64,000 bases of DNA, taken from assembly GCA_963828735.1 (NCBI GenBank), contig CAWHFW010000005.1, positions 480,001 to 544,000 on the forward strand, given 5' to 3'. This stretch comes from an uncultured Gemmatimonadales bacterium (GTDB lineage Bacteria; Gemmatimonadota; Gemmatimonadetes; Gemmatimonadales; GWC2-71-9). The translations under genes and the position numbers were made by a program. The notes under the pieces are model-generated. The model did not search any database, was not told the DNA's origin, and was given only the letters and a program-made list of their open reading frames with translations. Below are positions 56,501 to 64,000 of this stretch, in pieces (the first letter of the stretch is position 1; each line of letters opens with the position of its first letter).

Positions 56501-58246
56501 GTGAAGGCAGACGAATTCGCGCGGCGCCTGGACGACATGCGCCGGCGTGTACACGACATCAGGAAGCGAACGGCGCTCCCCAGCGAAGTGGTCGACGAGC
56601 TGCTTCGGGCGGTCGAGGAGTTGAGCATCGCCGAGGAGGAGCTGCGCCAGCAGAACGAGGCCTTGGCCGCCGCCCACCAGGCGCTGGAGGAGGAGCGCGC
56701 GCGGTACCAGCACCTGTTTCAGTACGCCCCCGATGCCTACCTGCTCACCGACCTCGGCGGCGTCATCCGCGAAGCCAACCTTTCGGCTGCCCGTCTGCTC
56801 AACGTGAAGCCCCGATTCATGGTGGGGAAGACGCTGGTGTCGTTCGTGGCGCTCCAGGATCGCGCGCGGGTCCGGGCGGAGCTCGGGCGGTGGCGCTCGG
56901 AGCCGACTCCCAAGGTGCTCGAGATCCGGCTGCAACCTCGGCAGTGCGAGGCCTTCGATGCGGCCATCGCTCTGTCCGTGGCGCGGGGCGGTCCACGGGA
57001 TACGGCCATCGGCTTCCGGTGGCTCGTGCGGGACGTGTCCGCTCAGCGCCAGCTGACCGAGGACCTCCAGTTCCGCGAACAGGACGCCCGAAGAGCGGCG
57101 GAAGCCAGCGAGGCCAGCGCGCGCCACGTGCAGAAGCTCGAGAGCATCGGCGTCCTGGCGGGCGGCATCGCGCACGACTTCAACAACCTGCTGCACGTCG
57201 TCCTCGGCAACGCGGACCTCGCCCGCCTCCAGCTCCCGGGCGAGGCGCCGGCACGCGAGCATCTGGACGAAGTCGTCCGGGCGACGCAACGGGCGGCCGA
57301 GCTGACCCAGCAGCTCCTGGCCTACTCAGGCCGCGGCGCCGTCGAGATCCGGCACCTCGATCTGTCCCACGAGGTACGCGAGATGGCGACGCTGCTTCGG
57401 ACCGCGATCTCGAAGCAGGCGACACTAGTGTGGGAGCTGGCGCCCGACCTGCCGGCCATCAGCGCCGACCCGACCCAGGTGCGCCAAATCGTGATGAACC
57501 TCATCACCAACGCCTCCGACGCCTTGACCGACGCTCCCGGCTCCATCACCCTCCGCACCGGGCGGGCCGACGATCCCGCTGAGGAGTCGAGTGCGAAGGA
57601 CTTCGTCTTTCTCGAGGTGAGCGACACCGGGTGCGGCATGGAGACGAGCACCCTGCAGCGGATCTTCGATCCTTTTTTCAGCACCAAGTTCACCGGCCGG
57701 GGGCTCGGGCTCGCAGCGGTCATCGGCATCGTGGAAGGCCATCACGGACACGTTCGCATCCGCACCGCACCCGGCGAGGGCACCACCTTCCGCATCCTGT
57801 TTCCCGCCGTGCCCGCGTTGCCCGACGTCGAGCCTCGCCGGACCTCGGGCGCCAACTGGCGCGGCCGCGGGACCGTCCTGCTGGTGGAGGACGAAGAGGG
57901 CGTCCGCGAGGTCGTGACCCGCATGCTCGAGCGCCTCGGATTCCGCGTGCTTTCGGCTGAGGACGGCATTGCCGCCCTCGAAGCCCTCGATCACGGCGAC
58001 GCGGTCGTGACCGCCGTGCTGCTCGATCTGTCGATGCCTCGCATGGGCGGCTCCGACGCGCTGCGCCACATACGAGAGCGTCGCCCGGACCTGCCCGTCG
58101 TCCTCATGAGCGGCTACACCCAGCAAGAGGTGGCTCCCAGACACCTCATCGCCGAGGGGGGAGCCGCCGGATTCCTCCAGAAGCCATTCCTTCCCGAAGA
58201 TCTCGCCAGTGCCCTCCGCCACGCCTCCAAGGCCGCCCTGGGCTGA
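56501..58246 (+). CDS. hybrid sensor histidine kinase (coiled coil-PAS-HisKA-HATPase-REC)
   Basis: GGIAHDFNNLL, MNLITNA, DTGCGM, FFSTK..GRGLGL, VLLDLSMP. Confidence 0.93.
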   Translation: MKADEFARRLDDMRRRVHDIRKRTALPSEVVDELLRAVEELSIAEEELRQQNEALAAAHQALEEERARYQHLFQYAPDAYLLTDLGGVIREANLSAARLLNVKPRFMVGKTLVSFVALQDRARVRAELGRWRSEPTPKVLEIRLQPRQCEAFDAAIALSVARGGPRDTAIGFRWLVRDVSAQRQLTEDLQFREQDARRAAEASEASARHVQKLESIGVLAGGIAHDFNNLLHVVLGNADLARLQLPGEAPAREHLDEVVRATQRAAELTQQLLAYSGRGAVEIRHLDLSHEVREMATLLRTAISKQATLVWELAPDLPAISADPTQVRQIVMNLITNASDALTDAPGSITLRTGRADDPAEESSAKDFVFLEVSDTGCGMETSTLQRIFDPFFSTKFTGRGLGLAAVIGIVEGHHGHVRIRTAPGEGTTFRILFPAVPALPDVEPRRTSGANWRGRGTVLLVEDEEGVREVVTRMLERLGFRVLSAEDGIAALEALDHGDAVVTAVLLDLSMPRMGGSDALRHIRERRPDLPVVLMSGYTQQEVAPRHLIAEGGAAGFLQKPFLPEDLASALRHASKAALG

Positions 58247-58253
58247 ACGGGCC

Positions 58254-58269
58254 AGGCACAGGACGTGCA
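58254..58269 (+). promoter_or_regulatory. possible sigma54 promoter
   Basis: AGGCAC-N5-GTGCA (GG-N10-GC). Confidence 0.35.
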
Positions 58270-58485
58270 AGCCCTTGGTGTCGATGCATCTCCCGTGTCT
58301 TGTATGACTTGCATGCGCTCACCGGCTCACTTTGCCAACTGCGTGGGATGACGGAATTTGCACTACTTGACGAGACCGGGGTGGACTCTGCTGCGATCGC
58401 CCAATAGGATCCGGATCACGGTCCAACTGTCCACCGGCGGCCAATATTGGTGCGGCGGGTGGGATGTCCCTCTGTGCAGGGGCTC

Positions 58486-59004
58486 ATGACAGCCGATCTC
58501 GCCCAGCTGTTCGATCAGTACTATGGCTCGCTGGTCCGGATGCTGTACCGCCGGGTCGGCGACCGCGACCGTGCCGAGGATCTCGCGCAAGAGACGTTCG
58601 CGCGGGCGGTGGCTGCGCCGCCGAACAATCCACGCCCGTGGCTGTTCGCGGTGGCGCTCAATCTGGTCCGGGAGGACGGACGCCGTGCCGCCACGCGAGG
58701 CCGCCGGCTGGAGCTCCTGCGAGGCGAGCAGGACCCACCCGCCAACGCACCGGACGCGGAATACGAGCGGCGGGAGGACGCGGAGCGGGTGCGGGCGGCG
58801 CTGGCGACGCTGAACGAGCGGGATCGCGAGGCGCTGCTCCTGCGCGCTGAAGGGTTCGATTACGAGGAGATCGCCGCCACGCTCGGCCTCGCCAAGGGGG
58901 CCATCGGTACGACGCTGGCGCGAGCCCGCCGCCGGCTGGTCGAGGCGTACCGGGCGCAGGAGCGGAGCAAGGCCAAGGACCGAGGGAAACATGTCGCATC
59001 TTGA
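58486..59004 (+). CDS. ECF RNA polymerase sigma factor
   Basis: AEDLAQETF, WLFAVALN, LLLRAEGFDYEEIA...GTTLARAR; same type as 3577-4140. Confidence 0.92.
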   Translation: MTADLAQLFDQYYGSLVRMLYRRVGDRDRAEDLAQETFARAVAAPPNNPRPWLFAVALNLVREDGRRAATRGRRLELLRGEQDPPANAPDAEYERREDAERVRAALATLNERDREALLLRAEGFDYEEIAATLGLAKGAIGTTLARARRRLVEAYRAQERSKAKDRGKHVAS

Positions 59005-60292
59005 CGAAGGCACGCTGCACTCGCTCCTCGACGGGGAGCTCGAGACCCATGAGGTGGCCGAGATCCAGGCGCACCTCGGGTCGTGTTCGGCATGCGGTCT
59101 TCGGCTGCGCGAGGTGAGGGAGTTCTACGCCGAGGCGGACCGGTTGATCGCGTCCATCGACCTGCAGGCGCCGGCGATGGCGGCGTCGCGCCCGACGCCG
59201 ATCCCCTCGGCGCCCGCACCGGCTCCCATCCGGCCCGAGCCGGAGGCACGCCGCGAGCCCCCGCCCCGGCCGCAGGCGACCGCCGCTCCCAGCAAATGGG
59301 AGCCATGGAATGAGCCCCCGCCGATGCTGCTCCTGCCGGACAACGAATCGCTGTCCGAGCGCCGCATGCGCCGCATGCGGCGGTTCGGCTGGGCGGCGAT
59401 CGTCATGGTTATCGCCGGCGCCGGGTTCGTCGAGGCGAGGAAGTTCATGCCCGTGAGCCCCGAGGAGGGGTCGCCCGCCGCGAACACGAACGCGGTCGTG
59501 AGTCAGGCGGAGGCGCCGACCGTGCTGGCGAAGACGGATTCTCCCGCGGCCAAGACGGATCCTCCGGCACCGACCCGGGCCGTCGCCCTTATGCCGACGC
59601 CCCAACGGGACACGAAGCAGACCCAGTCGGCCGCCGCAGGGAAAGGCATCCTCGCAGGGGCGGCCCGCCCCGAAGCCGGTGGCGACTCCGCCGCCCCGGA
59701 CGCGTCGTCGAACGAAAAGGCGGCCGACGTTCCTGAGGGGAAGGACGAGGCCGACTCGGCTGCGTCCACCGACCTTGCCACCGTGCGCGCAAAGGCCTCG
59801 GAGGCGTTGGCCCAACTGGATCGGGAGCGGCGCGCCGACCGGGCGGCAGCCGCGACGGCAGCTCTCGACGCGCAGAAGCGTCGCAATGCTACCGTGCGGG
59901 CCGCCGGTCCGGTCCCGGCGGCCGCGCCGACGCCACCCCCGACTCCCCCGACGCTCGAACAGCGGTCGCAGATCTATCTCCGTATCGGCCTCGATGAGGC
60001 CTCACGGCAACTCGGTGGGCCGACCCACGTGATCGAGGGCTTGAGCCCGCTGTTCATGGGATTGGTGCAGGGCGGCTCGGTGGCGGGCGCCGACGGCACC
60101 CGGCCGGTCGTGAGGGTGGTGTATCAGGACTCGCAGGGCCGACTCATCCTGCTCGACCAGCAGCGCATCAGGACCGGCCAGGCCACGCCCGCCGTCTCCG
60201 CGCTTTCCTGGACCATCGGGGACACCGCGATGTGGCTCAATGGCGAGGCCGCCCCGGACATCCTGCGTACGTACCGTCCCCGCGTGCGGTGA
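58991..60292 (+). CDS. zf-HC2 (ZAS) anti-sigma factor, single TM
   Basis: LLDGEL...HLGSCSAC; TM FGWAAIVMVIAGAGF. Confidence 0.85.
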   Translation: MSHLDEGTLHSLLDGELETHEVAEIQAHLGSCSACGLRLREVREFYAEADRLIASIDLQAPAMAASRPTPIPSAPAPAPIRPEPEARREPPPRPQATAAPSKWEPWNEPPPMLLLPDNESLSERRMRRMRRFGWAAIVMVIAGAGFVEARKFMPVSPEEGSPAANTNAVVSQAEAPTVLAKTDSPAAKTDPPAPTRAVALMPTPQRDTKQTQSAAAGKGILAGAARPEAGGDSAAPDASSNEKAADVPEGKDEADSAASTDLATVRAKASEALAQLDRERRADRAAAATAALDAQKRRNATVRAAGPVPAAAPTPPPTPPTLEQRSQIYLRIGLDEASRQLGGPTHVIEGLSPLFMGLVQGGSVAGADGTRPVVRVVYQDSQGRLILLDQQRIRTGQATPAVSALSWTIGDTAMWLNGEAAPDILRTYRPRVR

Positions 60293-60313
60293 CGGGTTCG
60301 ACGGTCGCGCCGC

Positions 60314-62773
60314 TCAGGCGCGGCCGTCGAGCGTCGCCCGCACCCGCCGCACCAGCTCCTCCGCCGCGAATGGTTTCCGAATCAGGGCCACTTCCCGTCC
60401 CCGCACGCCTCGCTGCAGCACCTCGTCGTCGGTGTAGCCGGAGATGTACAGCACCTTGAGCTCGGGCCGCCGGTCAAGCAGCGTCTCGGCGAGCTCGCGG
60501 CCGCTCATCTCGGGCATGACGATGTCGGTCAGGAGCAGGTCGATGCCGTCCCTCCGCTCGCCGGCCATCATGAGCGCATCACTCCCGTGGCGCGCGGCCA
60601 GCACCGTGTAGCCGTACTCGACCAGCACCTTTCGCAGCAGCTCCCGCACGCCGTCCTCGTCCTCGGCCACCAGCACCGTTTCCGTGCCGTGGAGCGACCG
60701 CGCTGCCGCCTCCTCGTCCACCTCGGCATCGGACGCCTCGAGACGGGGAAGGTAGACCTTGATCGTCGTTCCTACGCCGGCCTCGCTGGACACGCGGACG
60801 ACGCCACCGACCTGGCGTACGATCCCGAAGACGACGGCGCGCCCAAGGTCCGGACGCGGTGCCCCGCCGGGACCGGCCTCGGGATCCATCTCCTCCCCGG
60901 TGTCGCTCACTTCGAGGACGACATAGCGGCCCGGCCGAACAGGCCGGCCGCGGCTCAGCCCGCTGATCCGGCGTTCGCTGGTCTGGATGGTGAGCCGTCC
61001 GCCCGCGGGCATCGCGTCGCGCGCGTTGAGCAGGAGATTCACCACGACGTGCTCCAGCTGAGCCGGATCGATGCGCACCTGACCGATCGTGGGGCCGAGA
61101 CGGACCTCGAGCTGAATGTCCGCCCCGACCAGGCGCTGGGCCAGCGGCTCGATGCCGCGCACCACCTCGTTGAGGTTCACGGGCCGTGGCGCCTGCGCCT
61201 GGTTTCGACCGAACGCCAGCAGCTGGCGGGTGAGCAACGCGCCGCGGTCGGCCGCCTGGCAGATGCGTTGGAGGTCGTGCCGGCGGCGATCGTCCGGGAC
61301 CATGTCGAGCAGCAACATCTCGCCGAAGCCGCGGATGGTGGTGAGAAGGTTGTTGAAGTCGTACGCGACCGCGCCCGCGATGCGCCCGAGCGCCTCGACC
61401 CGCTGCGCGTGGCGCAGTTGATCCTCGCTATCGTGCAGGGCGGCGCGGGTGCGCGTGCGCTCGCTGATGTCGGCGGCCTGCACCAGCCGCACGCGGCGAC
61501 CGTCGAGCTCGAGCTCGTGCGAGACGATCTCCATCTCGACGATGGTCCCGTCACGGCGCCGGTGGCGCGCCAGCGCGACCTCCCCTCGTTGGCCGCTGGG
61601 GCCGGCCGCGCCCTGAACCGGAGGACTGGACTCCTCGGGCGCGAGGAGGTCCATGATCGTCATCCCGAGAAATTCCTCGCGGGTCCACCCATAGTGGTGG
61701 ATCGCCGCCTCGTTGACGGCGAGGAAGACGAGCGTGTCCACGTCGAAGGCCCACATCGGCTGTGGGTGGGCCTCGAAGACGAGGCGGGCGCGGCGGTCCG
61801 CCTGCGCGGCCTCGTCCCGCAAGCGGGCGTTCTGAACGGCCAGCCCGCTTCCCCGACCGAGCTCCTCCGCGAGGCTCACGTCGGCGCCGGTGAACCGACG
61901 TCCGGTTTCGCTCACCGTTCCCAGGGTGACAAGGCCGACACGGTCCGAGCCGGACTCGAATGGAATGCGGAGCACGGCGGTTGGCGACAGGGACCGGTAG
62001 AGCTTGCGCTCCTCCGCGTCGGCGGCGGACTGCCGCACGAGTGTATCCCGCACCTCCGTCACCTGCCCCATCGGGGCCGCCGTGAATGGAGGCGAGCGGT
62101 CACCATACTCGCCCAGCGCGCGAATCACGAGGTCCTTCGTGGCATCGCGGTGCGCCCCGGCGACGAACCGCAAGCGATCCCCTTCGGTGGCGAGATGGAT
62201 GGTGCACCAGTCCGCCAACGTCGGCACGATGAGCCGGGTGAGATCGCGGAACGCGGCCTCGATCCCTCGTTCGGAGGTCAGGATGAGGGAGGCCTGCTCG
62301 AGGAAGCCGAACCGCCGCGCGAGTGCTTCCGCGTCTGCCCGGGTCACCTCGAGGCGCTCCGCGCGCTTCACCCGGTCGTGCATGTGGGCCACCGCGAGCC
62401 CCGTGAGCAGCACGGCGGCCGCGACGGCCAGCAGGCTCGCCACATGATCGGGCGCATAGCGCAGCGGCAGCCCGGGCTCAGCGAAGTAGTGCAGCGCGTA
62501 GAGTATGGTCACCACGACGCTGACCAGCGCCGGCCTGAGGCCCCCGGTGGCGCCCGCGTAGACCACGGTGAGGAGCAGGACGGGGAAGGGCGAGAGCAGC
62601 GCCACCTCGTGCCGGCGAAGCACGTCGAGGAGGACCACTGCCGCGACCGTGAGCAGGGGACCCCGGACCGACGCCCCGATCCGGGCCCAGTCGGGTGGGC
62701 CATCCGCGTGCCGGCCGAGAAACCGACCGAAGACACCGGGCTGGACGGTGGGCGTGGCACTGCTCTGGGGCAT
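60314..62773 (-). CDS. membrane hybrid histidine-kinase-like protein (DUF4118-GAF-PAS-HisKA-HATPase-REC) with degenerate kinase core
   Basis: 4 TM; IVPTLADWC GAF; PAS; H-box AVAYDFNN; no F/G2 boxes; REC LLLTDIVMP intact. Confidence 0.88.
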   Translation of the reverse strand: MPQSSATPTVQPGVFGRFLGRHADGPPDWARIGASVRGPLLTVAAVVLLDVLRRHEVALLSPFPVLLLTVVYAGATGGLRPALVSVVVTILYALHYFAEPGLPLRYAPDHVASLLAVAAAVLLTGLAVAHMHDRVKRAERLEVTRADAEALARRFGFLEQASLILTSERGIEAAFRDLTRLIVPTLADWCTIHLATEGDRLRFVAGAHRDATKDLVIRALGEYGDRSPPFTAAPMGQVTEVRDTLVRQSAADAEERKLYRSLSPTAVLRIPFESGSDRVGLVTLGTVSETGRRFTGADVSLAEELGRGSGLAVQNARLRDEAAQADRRARLVFEAHPQPMWAFDVDTLVFLAVNEAAIHHYGWTREEFLGMTIMDLLAPEESSPPVQGAAGPSGQRGEVALARHRRRDGTIVEMEIVSHELELDGRRVRLVQAADISERTRTRAALHDSEDQLRHAQRVEALGRIAGAVAYDFNNLLTTIRGFGEMLLLDMVPDDRRRHDLQRICQAADRGALLTRQLLAFGRNQAQAPRPVNLNEVVRGIEPLAQRLVGADIQLEVRLGPTIGQVRIDPAQLEHVVVNLLLNARDAMPAGGRLTIQTSERRISGLSRGRPVRPGRYVVLEVSDTGEEMDPEAGPGGAPRPDLGRAVVFGIVRQVGGVVRVSSEAGVGTTIKVYLPRLEASDAEVDEEAAARSLHGTETVLVAEDEDGVRELLRKVLVEYGYTVLAARHGSDALMMAGERRDGIDLLLTDIVMPEMSGRELAETLLDRRPELKVLYISGYTDDEVLQRGVRGREVALIRKPFAAEELVRRVRATLDGRA

Positions 62774-63006
62774 GGCTCGGTCCACGGCGGCGTCCTGGCT
62801 GGGGGTCGTCGATCTGGGAGGACAGATTGAAGGTCGGCACCGACGCACGACAAGTCTGTGATTTGCCCCACACCGACTTGCCGACCGCTCTGCAAGACGA
62901 TATCCTATCCCGACCCACAGCCAGCCATGCCGCGAACCCTGCCCGGATGCCGCCCGGAACACGGGACCTCGCGCGCACTCTCGCCCACGGAAAGGACACC
63001 TGTCCC

Positions 63007-64000
63007 ATGAATGTGCCGAGTCCGCTGCGGTCCGCCTTTGCCATGCTCCTCCTGGGTCTCATCGCTCTCCCCGCCCGCCTCCATGGGCAGGCGCAGGCCA
63101 CCACAGGCGTCATTCGCGGAACGATCACCGATTCCTCCTCCGGCCGAGCACTCGCCGGCGCCCATGTGACCCTGCGGAACGCCGAAACCAACGCCGAGCG
63201 CGTGCTCACGACGAACGAGCAGGGAGTGTACGTGGCCACCCTCCTCCGGGTCGGCACGTACGACGTGGCGGCCCGCGCCCTGGGGTTCACGGAAGCCAAG
63301 CGCACGGCCATCAGCCTGCGACTCGGTGAGACGCAGGACCTTTCGTTCGCGCTGGCGCCGCAGGCGGTGCAACTCCAGGAAATCACGGTCGCGGGGGCCG
63401 AGCCCACCGTGGACGTCACCAAGTCCGAGGGTTCGACCCGGCTCGGCGCGGAGGCGGTGGAAGGGCTCCCGAACAACGGCCGGAACATCTTCAACTACAC
63501 GACCCTCACGCCGAACGTGGCCATCGTCCAGGGGCCCGACGGCGACGAGATCAGCATCGGCGGCCAGAAAGGCATCCACAACAACGTCTCGGTGGACGGC
63601 GCCGACTTCAACAACCCGTTCTTCGGCGAGCAGCGCGGCGGCCAGCGGCCCGCGTTCACCTTCAACCTGGACGCGGTCCAGGACTTCGTCGTCGTGGCGG
63701 ACGGGGCCAACGCGGAATTCGGCCGGTCCAGCGGCGGCTTCATCAATGTCATCACGAAGTCGGGAACCAACGAGTTCCACGGATCGGCCCACTACTTCGG
63801 CAAGTACGACGGGCTCTCCGCCGACTACAGCCACACGTTTCCGAACGGCCTGACCAGCGGCTTCGTCCCCGACTTCAATCAGCACCAGTTCGGCGCCACG
63901 TTCGGCGGACCGCTCGTCCGGGACAAGGCCTTCTTCTTCCTGGCCTACGACCAGCAGGAGTACAGTGACGTCAAGCAGTCGGACCGGCAGAGCACGATCG
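63007..64000 (+). CDS. Oar-like TonB-dependent receptor (runs off the window)
   Basis: signal peptide; GVIRGTITD, LPNNGRN, VDGADFNN, AEFGRSSGG.INVITKSGTNEFHG, QFGATFGGP. Confidence 0.9.
   Translation, partial: MNVPSPLRSAFAMLLLGLIALPARLHGQAQATTGVIRGTITDSSSGRALAGAHVTLRNAETNAERVLTTNEQGVYVATLLRVGTYDVAARALGFTEAKRTAISLRLGETQDLSFALAPQAVQLQEITVAGAEPTVDVTKSEGSTRLGAEAVEGLPNNGRNIFNYTTLTPNVAIVQGPDGDEISIGGQKGIHNNVSVDGADFNNPFFGEQRGGQRPAFTFNLDAVQDFVVVADGANAEFGRSSGGFINVITKSGTNEFHGSAHYFGKYDGLSADYSHTFPNGLTSGFVPDFNQHQFGATFGGPLVRDKAFFFLAYDQQEYSDVKQSDRQSTI

Overview
High-GC bacterial chromosome segment. The gene content (Ser/Thr kinase-TolB propeller fusion, Oar-type TonB receptors, ECF/anti-sigma pairs, XoxF) suggests Gemmatimonadota, but this is inference. 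About 60 CDS and a 5-tRNA cluster (His, Trp, Glu, Glu, Lys; minus strand) are present. Main modules: TBDR-ECF-anti-sigma-kinase; PLP decarboxylase + agmatinase; LVIVD/YncE pair; two divergent lipase-maturation-factor paralogs; ogt + 2OG-Fe oxygenase; a MarR-controlled operon of three cupredoxins, one fused to a beta-barrel; a CarH/B12 photoreceptor regulon with visible operator repeats; xoxF-J-G followed by an NRAMP-like transporter; tnaA; hppD-hmgA-acetoacetyl-CoA ligase; a receptor-less cheB-cheB-cheR-histidine kinase operon; and a His-to-Tyr pseudo-histidine kinase. The strongest structural signal is an ~8.5 kb integrase-less island (29106-37667) bounded by a perfect 42-bp duplication of the tRNA-Lys(CTT) 3' end. 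It holds a decaying copper operon led by a Cys/His-rich RPP-tailed leader, a pair of covarying hairpin repeats, an orphan PycTM/DUF5706-like gene behind pho-box-like repeats, and a second, cryptic tRNA-Gln-derived att scar. Products are called from motif recognition by eye, not database searches. Start codons are my best choices.
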